DNA of 64,000 bases, from assembly GCA_041394245.1 (NCBI GenBank), contig JAWKIR010000002.1:2756305-2820304 (forward strand). Direction: 5' to 3'. The DNA is from Acidimicrobiales bacterium. Lineage in GTDB: Bacteria > Actinomycetota > Acidimicrobiia > Acidimicrobiales > Aldehydirespiratoraceae. Positions 25,860-34,032 of the stretch are shown here, in pieces. The translations under genes and the position numbers were made by a program. Under the pieces are notes generated by a model. It ran no database searches. It worked only from the letters and a program-made list of their open reading frames with translations, and was not told the origin of the DNA. Position 1 is the first letter of the stretch, and each line of letters begins with the position of its first letter.

Positions 25860-28235
25860 TCAGCATTCGGGGATCGGTCTGAGGCGATCGTCGACGATTT
25901 CGTGGAGACCGACGTCGGTACCGGTCGCGTCGGACCAGGTTTCCGGGTCGCCGAGTGCGTGGACCCGGTGTCGTCCCTCGTGATCGAGGCTCATCGCCGT
26001 GCCGGTGAGCGTGTCGCCGATGGTCAGGGCGAACGGGATCGGTTCGGTCCGGTTCGTCGAGAGCCGACCGTCGACGAGCCCGATCTCACCGTCTGCTTCC
26101 GGGACGGCGGTGGGTCGGTTCCGCAGCCAGCAATAGCCGACCGGCTCGTCGATCAGGTCCCCGATCGGACTCCCGATGCGATCGTGGAGTCCGGCCAGCC
26201 CGTAGAGGCTCCCGTCGGTGCCGTTGCCGAAGGTGGCGAGGAGGTCGGCGGTGAGTGCGGCGACCAGCGGCGGGAGCGGCTCCGGGATCCAGGTCGAGAA
26301 CGTGTTGTGCACGAGGCGATCTCGATCGGGACGCGGCCCGAACAGGTCCACCCCGTCGACACCCCACGGGATGTCGATCTCGAGTTGTCGGGCGATGGTC
26401 GGCACGATGTCCGTGGTCTCCACCGGCTCGCGGTGGTGCACCCCTGCGCGCTGATCGGGCAGCTTGTAGAAGAGCGGGACGCCGGCGACGCCGACGACGT
26501 TCTCCTCGGTGATCCCGCGGGCCGAGGTCCCGGGAACGAACGAGATGCCGTGGTCGGCCACGACGACCACGGTCGCGTCGTCGAACACCCCGGCTCGCTC
26601 GAGCCGGTCGAGGTACTCCCCGAGCAGCCGGTCGACGAACTGCAGCTGGAGCAGGTGTCGCTGTTGGCCGGCCCGAGCGATCGTCGGGTCGTCGTCCCAG
26701 GCCGAGGAGTAGCCGGGGAGCACGATGTCGGGGTAGGTGTCGCCGTTCCCGTGGAGGCGCCACGGCACGTGGGGGAGCAGGATGTGGAGGTAGTGGAGGC
26801 GGGGGACGTCGGAGGGCATGATCGCGGCGAGCTCGGCCCGGAAGTCGGCGACCCGGGAGTCGTCGGTGAGCAGGCGATCGAGGGTCGCTCGGTTCTCGTC
26901 GTTCACCGCTTCGGCATCGATCTCGACCGCATCGGCGTCCGGGGTCGGAGTCGGCCCGATCTCGATGGGGATCTCGCCGTCGCCGGGGAGGGCGGCCGCG
27001 GGGGCGTCGGGCGTAGGAGCGGCGGGAGCAGGAGCGGCGGCCTCCGCGGTGCTCCGGTCCTCGGTGCTCCGGTCCTCGGTGCCGAGATCGTCGCCGAAGT
27101 CGCCCCAGGTCGCGCCGATGTCCGGAAGCCCGATGTCGAGACCTTCCGGGGTCGCGAGATGACCGAAGACGATCATCGCGTCGTCGAGCAGCGACCGGAA
27201 CGACGAGCCGTCGGCCGATCCGGTCTCGTCGAACACGGCTTCGGTCGTGGTCGATGGGATGGGTTGCGTCGGTTCCGACGGGTCGACATCAGATGCCATC
27301 AACTCGATGATCGACGCCGGCGGTTTCCCGTCGCAGACCGACGGCGGGCAGAGGTCCACCAACGGGTCGGACGCGCTGATGTCGTACACGTCGCCGAGCA
27401 GGGTGAACAGGTTCTCCGGGTAGAGCGAGTAGACCGGCGCCGCTTCCGTCTCGTATCGGCCGGTCAGGATGGCCGGTACGGCCCGCTCGGTCGTGAAGCC
27501 GACGGTGGTCGCGTTCGAGAAGAAGTGGGAAGTGTCGGCCAGACGGGCGAAGTTGGGCCACCGGGCACGGTCGATCGCGCCGGTCTCGTCGAGCAGTGAG
27601 GCCACCGGGAGTTCATCGAGGACGAGCAGGTACACGGGCGGGAAGCGTTCGTTGACGCGGTCGGCGAGCGACGCGCGGATCGGCTCGGCTCCGTCGTCGG
27701 TCACCCCGACCGTTGCGGTGAACGAATCCTCCGACACGAGGTCGGAGAGCCCGACGGCATCGATGTCGTCGGGGAACACGACCTTCGACGCGGGGGAGAC
27801 GAAGAGGAAGAGCGCCACGAAGAGCACGGGCGTCAGCGCGAGCAGCGAAACCGCCGACCTGACCCCCGAATTCGTCGCGTAGAGCACGGCGAGTCCACCG
27901 GTGATCGCGAGTGCCGTGACCACCGGCACCAGCCAGGGTCCGGGCAACACGTCGACGACCTGGATCGCGACGAGGAAGACGAGCCCGGCCACGATGGCGA
28001 GGTGCACGCGGTCGCCGAGCCGGGGAGCGATGGCGTGAATGGTCACCTCGGCCGCGCCGAGCAGGGCCGCAGGCGCGAGCGCAACTGCGAGCGCGAACCA
28101 CGTGACCTGCGCCGGCGACGACCCGTGGGCCGTGAAGAAGGTCGGGTTGTCGCCGAGGATCCCGAGCAGCGGCTGGGTGATCGCAAGGGTGCACAGCGCG
28201 AGGAGATGGAGCGAGCGCCAGACCGGAGTGGGCAT
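25860..28235 (-). CDS. membrane-anchored alkaline-phosphatase-superfamily (sulfatase/LtaS-like) protein
   Basis: 791 aa with about five N-terminal TM helices, then LVLDELP (metal Asp), a TTERAVPAILTG candidate nucleophile region and VVVADHGISF. A long acidic Pro/Ala-rich insertion splits the catalytic domain. Confidence 0.6.
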   Translation of the reverse strand: MPTPVWRSLHLLALCTLAITQPLLGILGDNPTFFTAHGSSPAQVTWFALAVALAPAALLGAAEVTIHAIAPRLGDRVHLAIVAGLVFLVAIQVVDVLPGPWLVPVVTALAITGGLAVLYATNSGVRSAVSLLALTPVLFVALFLFVSPASKVVFPDDIDAVGLSDLVSEDSFTATVGVTDDGAEPIRASLADRVNERFPPVYLLVLDELPVASLLDETGAIDRARWPNFARLADTSHFFSNATTVGFTTERAVPAILTGRYETEAAPVYSLYPENLFTLLGDVYDISASDPLVDLCPPSVCDGKPPASIIELMASDVDPSEPTQPIPSTTTEAVFDETGSADGSSFRSLLDDAMIVFGHLATPEGLDIGLPDIGATWGDFGDDLGTEDRSTEDRSTAEAAAPAPAAPTPDAPAAALPGDGEIPIEIGPTPTPDADAVEIDAEAVNDENRATLDRLLTDDSRVADFRAELAAIMPSDVPRLHYLHILLPHVPWRLHGNGDTYPDIVLPGYSSAWDDDPTIARAGQQRHLLQLQFVDRLLGEYLDRLERAGVFDDATVVVVADHGISFVPGTSARGITEENVVGVAGVPLFYKLPDQRAGVHHREPVETTDIVPTIARQLEIDIPWGVDGVDLFGPRPDRDRLVHNTFSTWIPEPLPPLVAALTADLLATFGNGTDGSLYGLAGLHDRIGSPIGDLIDEPVGYCWLRNRPTAVPEADGEIGLVDGRLSTNRTEPIPFALTIGDTLTGTAMSLDHEGRHRVHALGDPETWSDATGTDVGLHEIVDDRLRPIPEC
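27048..27083. repeat. 15-bp tandem repeat (GGTGCTCCGGTCCTC x2 plus a partial third) encoding TEDRS-TEDRS
   Basis: Read directly from the sequence. It lies inside the low-complexity insertion of the 25860..28235 CDS. Confidence 0.9.
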
Positions 28236-28318
28236 GGCGGAGTCTGTCAGATCGGCTTCGGTCGGCGTCGAGACGAGCCGGGACCGCGTCCGTCGCCGAT
28301 CGGGGGAAGAATGGCGCC

Positions 28319-28774
28319 ATGACCACCTTCGACGCCGAGAAGATCACCCGGGGGAACTGGAAGACCATTCCCTTCCTCGAACACACGGGCATCGTGGTCG
28401 ACCATGCCGAGCGGGGCTTCGTCCGGCTGCGGATGCCGTTCGAGCCGAACGTCAACCACGTGGGGATGATGTATGCCGGCGCGTTGTTCACGCTCGCCGA
28501 GGTCCCGGGCGGAACGATCTTCCTCACCACGTTCGACGGCACGAGCTACTACCCGATCGTGAAGGACCTCCAGATCCGCTTCCGGCGGCCGGCGATGACC
28601 GACATCACCGTCGAGGTCCGGATCAGCGACGACGAGGTCGCCCGGATCAGCGCACAAGCCGAGGCGAACGGCAAGGCCGACTACGGGTGGGAGTGCGAGC
28701 TGATCGACACCAGCGGCGAGGTCGTGGCGATCAGCCGCAACACCTACCAGATGCGGGCGTTCGACCTGGGCTGA
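28319..28774 (+). CDS. hotdog-fold thioesterase-like protein (PaaI / YiiD-C-terminal type)
   Basis: 151 aa. The pattern HVGMMYAGALFTLAEVPGG followed by a strand-rich C-terminus is typical of this hotdog subfamily. Confidence 0.55.
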   Translation: MTTFDAEKITRGNWKTIPFLEHTGIVVDHAERGFVRLRMPFEPNVNHVGMMYAGALFTLAEVPGGTIFLTTFDGTSYYPIVKDLQIRFRRPAMTDITVEVRISDDEVARISAQAEANGKADYGWECELIDTSGEVVAISRNTYQMRAFDLG

Positions 28775-28798
28775 CGTCGACGGCCGCGCCGACGAGCG

Positions 28799-29968
28799 TC
28801 AGCGGGCGTTGAGGATCGCCGCGGTCGCGCCGTCGAGCGTCACGCTGCTCACGGTCTTGCCGTCGGCATCGAGCATCGGTTCCGGGAGCGTGTACGTCGC
28901 CAGACCGAGGCGCGGTTCGCGCAGGACCACCATCCCGTTCTCGAACTCTCGGATGATGAACCCACCGGTCGCCTCTCGGGGACCGGTCGCCGGTCCGAGG
29001 TCGGTCGAGAATCCGGGCCAGAAGCTGTCGGGCGCCGTCACGGCGAGGCTCTCGGACCCGACGAGATCGGCGCCGGCGTTGACCAGGAGCGTGGCGGCGA
29101 GGTTGTACGTCTGGTCGTGCGGACGGTCACCGGTGGTGCCGTCCTCGTCCATCAGCAGCACGTCGGTTCCCAGCGCGTGCGCACGATCGATGAAGGACAG
29201 GAACGTCTGGAAGCCGAACTTGTTCGTCCCGGCCACGAGGCCGACGTCGTTGGCGCCTCGCTCGAGCATGAGATAGTCGGCCGCAGCGATCTGCCGCGTG
29301 ACGTGGAGATTGTCGAAGCCCGGCGAATCGGAGTACCAGATCGAGTTGTGCATGATCTCGATGTCGGGGAACGTCGTCCGGATCAGTGTCAGGTAGTCGG
29401 CCATGTACCGACGCCAGTTCCACGTGGTGATCGACTGCCCCGTCCTCGGGTCGATCGGGTTGACGTCGGTTCCGTCGACGTCTGACCACCGGCGCAGCAT
29501 GTTGACGTCGTCGAGCATGATCCCGGGGTAGCCCTTGGCGACGAACTGGGCGATGCGGTCGATCTGGTACTGCACGAAATCGGGGTTGCCGAGGTCGCCG
29601 GCGAGAAGGGGGCAGCCCCCGGGTTGTCCGCAGTTGAAGTCGATGTAGGTGAGGGTGCCGTCGGCCTCGCGCATGAACCAGTCCGGGTGCTGATCGGCGA
29701 GGTCGTCGTCGGCGAAGATGCCGTAGCTGTTCATGTAGACGAGCACGTCGTCGAACTCGGCGAGCCGTTCGTCCCAGTACGGCGACCAGACCACGAGCCG
29801 GCTGTAGTTCTCGCGCATCCACTGCCACTCGGCCGGGGTCGCCGCGTCCGTGTACTGGTCGAATTCGCTGCTCGCGCGAGCGACCACGCCGGCCCGGCCG
29901 CTGTTGCACGCGGACGCGAGCAGGGCGACGGTGAGAACGAGAACGGGCACCCGGACGCGGAAACGCAT
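28799..29968 (-). CDS. secreted lipoprotein, TIM-barrel glycoside-hydrolase-like (family uncertain)
   Basis: Signal peptide plus lipobox (LLASAC). GYPGIMLDDVN-type and other acidic blocks resemble GH114/GHL-type putative glycosidases. This is a weak, memory-based call. Confidence 0.45.
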   Translation of the reverse strand: MRFRVRVPVLVLTVALLASACNSGRAGVVARASSEFDQYTDAATPAEWQWMRENYSRLVVWSPYWDERLAEFDDVLVYMNSYGIFADDDLADQHPDWFMREADGTLTYIDFNCGQPGGCPLLAGDLGNPDFVQYQIDRIAQFVAKGYPGIMLDDVNMLRRWSDVDGTDVNPIDPRTGQSITTWNWRRYMADYLTLIRTTFPDIEIMHNSIWYSDSPGFDNLHVTRQIAAADYLMLERGANDVGLVAGTNKFGFQTFLSFIDRAHALGTDVLLMDEDGTTGDRPHDQTYNLAATLLVNAGADLVGSESLAVTAPDSFWPGFSTDLGPATGPREATGGFIIREFENGMVVLREPRLGLATYTLPEPMLDADGKTVSSVTLDGATAAILNAR

Positions 29969-30049
29969 GGTCAGACCTTCGACGTCTCCCCACGCTCGCT
30001 TGAGAAGTCTCGTGGGCCGGCGTACGCACTCGGCGGCGCCGGCGCGGGA

Positions 30050-30856
30050 TCACCCTCCCGTTCGACGAGCGACGATCTCGACGTGGGGGACGACGAAGAT
30101 CCCGTCGTCGGCCTCTGCCCAGCGCAGGAAGTCGGAGGCCATCGCCTCGAGATCGTGTTCGGTCGCCAACCCCCGGTCGAGTGCGTGGTTCCGGTAGCTC
30201 GACCGGAGGATCCGGTCGGCCCAGATCCCCGACCACCACCGACGACGCACTGGATCGGCGTAGCACCACACCGATGCGGTCGTGTCGAGCTCGACGAAAC
30301 CGGCGGCGCGTACCCAGCCCAGGAGGTGTCGACCGGCGTTGGCGTCGTGGCCGTTGGCGGCGGTCATCGCCTGGTAGACCCGCATCCACTCGGTGATGCC
30401 GGCGAAGTCCGGGGCCCAGGTCATCCCGCCGTAGTCGGCGTCGCGGACGGCGACGACGCCGCCGGGTCGGGTCACGCGGCGCATCTCCTCCAGCGCCGCC
30501 ACCGGCCGTTCGAGGTGTTGGAGCACCTGGTGCGCGTGCACGACGTCGAAGTGGCCGTCGGGGAAGTCGAGCGCGTGGATGTCGCCGGTCGTGAACTCGG
30601 CGACATCGCCATGGGCCGCGTCGGCGGCGGCGACGACGTCGGCCGACGCGTCGATGCCGGTGACGATGCTTCCCGGCGCGTGGGCGGCGATGTCGGCCGT
30701 GAGGCTCCCCGGTCCGCACCCGACGTCGAGGATTCGCGCGCCGGTGGCGAGGTGGGGCACGAGGTACCGCGCCGAGTCCGCGACGGTCCGTGCGCCGTGT
30801 GCGCGTAGGACCGAATCGTCGTGGCCGTGGGCGTAGGCGTCGAGGGCGCCGGTCAT
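30050..30856 (-). CDS. class I SAM-dependent methyltransferase
   Basis: ATG at 30856 (MTGALDAY...) with an ATGA overlap to the upstream gene. Motif I ILDVGCGPGS and post-I/II blocks. Only the C-terminal 268 aa of the 714-aa track ORF are real. Confidence 0.85.
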   Translation of the reverse strand: MTGALDAYAHGHDDSVLRAHGARTVADSARYLVPHLATGARILDVGCGPGSLTADIAAHAPGSIVTGIDASADVVAAADAAHGDVAEFTTGDIHALDFPDGHFDVVHAHQVLQHLERPVAALEEMRRVTRPGGVVAVRDADYGGMTWAPDFAGITEWMRVYQAMTAANGHDANAGRHLLGWVRAAGFVELDTTASVWCYADPVRRRWWSGIWADRILRSSYRNHALDRGLATEHDLEAMASDFLRWAEADDGIFVVPHVEIVARRTGG

Positions 30857-32220
30857 GAGAGCGGCTGGAAGCGGCGGGCGGCCACCCGATGGGCTGCGAG
30901 GTTGGCGCCGAGATCGGGCGACACGAGACGGCCGTCGCGTACGACGGGGTTGCCGTGCACGATCGTGTCGCGTGCCGCGGTCGGACCGCAGCGCAGCCAG
31001 CCCTCGATCGGATCGTCGAGGACGCCGGCGAACACCGGACCACTGAGTTCCCAGATCGCGATGTCGCCGACGGCGCCCACCGAGATCTCGCCCAGCTCGC
31101 CCGAGCGGCCGAGGCAGCCGGCACCGCCCCGGGTCGCGATCTCGAGGGCGATGCGGGCGGTCATCGCCGCGGCGCCGGAGACGAGCTTGCCCTGCAGCAT
31201 CGAGAGGCGGGCCTCCTGCCACAACGATGCCGAGTCGGCCGAGGACGACCCGTCGCAGCCCAGCCCGACGGGACACCCGGCGTGCCGCATGTCGATGACC
31301 GGCGCGATGCCCGACGACAGGATCATGTTGGAGCTCGGACAGTGGGCGATCCCGACCCCGGCTGCACCGAGGCGGGCGACCTCCTCGGGATTGGGACGGA
31401 CGACATGGGCACCCCAACTGCGGTCCGACATCCAGCCGACGTCGTCGAACAGGTCCACGGGTCGCATGCCGAACGTGGCGAGCGCGAACTCGTCGTCCTC
31501 GGCGTTCTCCGCGAGATGGGTGTGGAGTCGCACGTCCAGACGTTCGGCCAGCTCGGCCGTCCGGCGCATCAGATCGGGTGTGACGGTGAACGGTGAGCAG
31601 GGCGCCAGGGCGATCCGGGTCATCGCGCCGTGGCGGGGATCGTGCCACCGGGCGACGTGCCGCTCCGACTCGGCGAGGATGTCGTCCTCGTCGCGCACGG
31701 CGTCGTCGGGAGGGAGACCGCCGTCCTTCTCCGACAGGCTCATCGATCCGTAGGTCGGGTGGAACCGCATCCCGAGGTCGAGCGCCGCCTGTACCTCCGC
31801 GCCGAGCAGGTCGCCGGCCCGCAGCGGATGGAGGTAGTGGTGATCGCTCGACGTGGTGCAGCCCGACAGCGCGAGTTCGGCCAGACCGACCCAGGCGGCG
31901 AGGTATTCGGCCTCCTCGTCGATCGCCGCGGTCCAGAGCGGATAGAGCGACTGCAGCCAACCGAACAGCGGGGCATCGGTCATGGGGGTGTAGGCGCGGG
32001 TGAGGTTCTGGAACAGGTGATGGTGGCTGTTGACCAGCCCGGGTGTGACGAGGCAGCCCTCGGCGGAGATCCGCTCGGGGGCCGGCGGCGCGGGGTCGTC
32101 CGATCCGCCCACGCCGGAGATCAACCCGTCGGTGATCGCGACCCAGCCGCCCGGCACCTCGCGGCGGGTTTCGTCGACCGTGGCGACCAACCACGCGTCG
32201 TGAATCAGGAGGTCAGCCAT
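30853..32220 (-). CDS. amidohydrolase, 8-oxoguanine deaminase / isoxanthopterin deaminase-like
   Basis: ATG at 32220 (MADLLIHDAWLVAT...). Metal ligands GLVNSHHHLFQ, HTHLAE, HCPSSN and GCDGSSS. Length 455 aa. Confidence 0.75.
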   Translation of the reverse strand: MADLLIHDAWLVATVDETRREVPGGWVAITDGLISGVGGSDDPAPPAPERISAEGCLVTPGLVNSHHHLFQNLTRAYTPMTDAPLFGWLQSLYPLWTAAIDEEAEYLAAWVGLAELALSGCTTSSDHHYLHPLRAGDLLGAEVQAALDLGMRFHPTYGSMSLSEKDGGLPPDDAVRDEDDILAESERHVARWHDPRHGAMTRIALAPCSPFTVTPDLMRRTAELAERLDVRLHTHLAENAEDDEFALATFGMRPVDLFDDVGWMSDRSWGAHVVRPNPEEVARLGAAGVGIAHCPSSNMILSSGIAPVIDMRHAGCPVGLGCDGSSSADSASLWQEARLSMLQGKLVSGAAAMTARIALEIATRGGAGCLGRSGELGEISVGAVGDIAIWELSGPVFAGVLDDPIEGWLRCGPTAARDTIVHGNPVVRDGRLVSPDLGANLAAHRVAARRFQPLS

Positions 32221-32704
32221 CGGGTTCGTTCTCCAGGGCGTTGAGATAGTTGTAGATCGTGATGCGGGAGACACCCATGATCTGGGCGATGTCGTCGACG
32301 GCGCCGCGCAGGAGGAACGCCCCCCGTTCGTCGAGCATGCGCACGACACGTTGCTTTTGTGACCGGTCCCACTCGGTGGCGGGCACACCGATGTCGCGCT
32401 CGGCCATGCGCAAGATGTCGTCCAACGCGTCGCGGATCGAGGGAATCGGGATCTCCTCGGGAGTCGATGCAACGCGCAGCTGGATCGAGGTCGCGCCCTG
32501 CGTCATCGCGGCGCGGACCATCTCGGCGATCGCATCGGCCATCGAGTCGAGGTCGCCGGTCACCGACGACGCGAACGGTCCGAGGTCGACATCGAGGCCC
32601 CGACCGTCGAACGCGGCAACGGCTGCCGTGACGTGAGGACCGGGTTCGCCCTCGACGAAGGGTGCCACGAGAAACTCTGCCGCGATCTCGGTCCCCCGGG
32701 CCAT
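32213..32704 (-). CDS. transcriptional regulator: YkoF/MTH1187-like (thiamine-binding-protein fold) sensor domain fused to a YheO/DauR-type C-terminal HTH
   Basis: ATG at 32704 (MARGTEIAAEFLVAPFVEG...). The N-terminal ~85 aa follow the PF01910 pattern (E..V.P......HV..AV......GL....GP....V.G.L......I......A...GA.....RV). The C-terminus RVVRMLDERGAFLLRGAVDDIAQIMGVSRITIYNYLNAL is an HTH. The 8-nt overlap with the next gene suggests co-translation. Confidence 0.6.
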   Translation of the reverse strand: MARGTEIAAEFLVAPFVEGEPGPHVTAAVAAFDGRGLDVDLGPFASSVTGDLDSMADAIAEMVRAAMTQGATSIQLRVASTPEEIPIPSIRDALDDILRMAERDIGVPATEWDRSQKQRVVRMLDERGAFLLRGAVDDIAQIMGVSRITIYNYLNALENEPDG

Positions 32705-32769
32705 GCCTGCACCGTACCCCACTGTCGAGCGCATCTGTACATTTTGTAAAGAAGCTCTGGTACGTTCTT
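32705..32769. promoter_or_regulatory. 65-bp divergent control region with an AT-rich core and three GTAC cores spaced exactly 23 bp apart
   Basis: GTAC occurs at 32714, 32737 and 32760. TGTACATTTTGTAAAGAA is the most AT-rich stretch for kilobases. The region separates the regulator gene from the 9-gene operon. Confidence 0.5.
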
Positions 32770-34032
32770 GTGGTGCCCCGAACCGCCCTCGCTCTGCGCG
32801 TCGACATCGATCGTCTCCTCGGGCGGCTCGCGGCGCTCGCCGAGATCGGGGCGATCGAGGGCACCGAGGGGTGCGCACGGCTCGCGCTGACCGACGAGGA
32901 CAAGGCCGGGCGCGATCTCGTCGTCACCTGGATGCGTGACCTCGGGCTCGACATCACCGTCGACGGCATCGGCAATGTGATCGCGACCCTTCCGGGTGAG
33001 GTCGACGGCCCGCCGGTCATGTGCGGTTCCCACATCGACACGGTCCGCACCGGAGGGCGCTACGACGGCAACCTGGGTGTGCTCGCCGGGCTCGAAGTCA
33101 TCGAGACCGTGATCGGCGCCGGGCTCACACCGCGGCGCCCGCTCGCTGTCGGATTCTTCACCGACGAGGAAGGCGCCCGGTTCGCCCCCGACATGCTCGG
33201 CAGCCTCGTCTACGTCGGTGGTCTCGCGCTGGAGGAGGCGCTCGACATCGAAGGGATCGACGGCGCGATCGTCGGAGAAGAACTCGAACGCATCGGCTAC
33301 GCCGGCGCCGCGCCGGTGCCGGGCGCGGTGCCCCATGCGTTCGTCGAACTCCATGTCGAGCAGGGTCCGGTGCTCGAGGCCGAGGGCATCACCATCGGTG
33401 CGGTCGATGGCGTCCAGGGCATCAGCTGGCAGGAGCTGACCATCACCGGTCAGTCGAACCATGCCGGCACGACCCCGATGTCGATGCGGCGCGATCCCGG
33501 CTTCGTGGCGGCGGCGATCACCACGTTCGTCCGGGAGCTCGCGACGGAGCTCGGGCATCCCCAGGTCGCCACCGTGGGCAAGGTCGACTTCATGCCCAAC
33601 CTCGTCAACGTCGTTCCGGCGAGCGCAACCCTCACCGTCGATCTGCGCAACACCGACGAGGCCGTCCTGCGCGAGTCCGAACGTCGGCTCGCCGAGTACG
33701 TCGTGGCTGCGGCCGACGCCGAAGGGTGCACGGTCGAGACGCGGGTCCTCGCCCGGTTCGAACCCGTGATCTTCGATCCCGAGGTCGTCGCACTGGTCGA
33801 ACGAACCGCCGATCGTCTCGGGCACTCGGTGAAGCGGATGCCCTCGGGTGCCGGCCACGACGCCCAGATGTTCGCGCGCGTGTGTCCGACCGCGATGGTG
33901 TTCACGCCGAGCCGAGACGGGCTGAGTCACAACCCGGCCGAGTACACGAGTCCCGCCGACCTCCAGGCCGGTGCCGACGTGCTCCTCCAGGTGATGTGGG
34001 CGCTCGCGAGTCAAGGAGAAGCCAGTGACTGA
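32770..34032 (+). CDS. M20-family Zn amidohydrolase (allantoate amidohydrolase / N-carbamoyl-L-amino-acid hydrolase type)
   Basis: GTG at 32770 (VVPRTALALRVD...). GSHIDTV, YDGNLGV, FTDEEG, ELHVEQG and GAGHDA blocks. Confidence 0.85.
   Translation: MVPRTALALRVDIDRLLGRLAALAEIGAIEGTEGCARLALTDEDKAGRDLVVTWMRDLGLDITVDGIGNVIATLPGEVDGPPVMCGSHIDTVRTGGRYDGNLGVLAGLEVIETVIGAGLTPRRPLAVGFFTDEEGARFAPDMLGSLVYVGGLALEEALDIEGIDGAIVGEELERIGYAGAAPVPGAVPHAFVELHVEQGPVLEAEGITIGAVDGVQGISWQELTITGQSNHAGTTPMSMRRDPGFVAAAITTFVRELATELGHPQVATVGKVDFMPNLVNVVPASATLTVDLRNTDEAVLRESERRLAEYVVAAADAEGCTVETRVLARFEPVIFDPEVVALVERTADRLGHSVKRMPSGAGHDAQMFARVCPTAMVFTPSRDGLSHNPAEYTSPADLQAGADVLLQVMWALASQGEASD

Noticed and set aside
29127-32472. 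665-aa, 714-aa and 539-aa minus-strand track ORFs suggesting very large proteins in the 29-32 kb region.
   Set aside because: Only the C-terminal portions are real: the methyltransferase from 30856 and the amidohydrolase from 32220. The remainder is Arg-rich read-through in the wrong frame over neighbouring genes.
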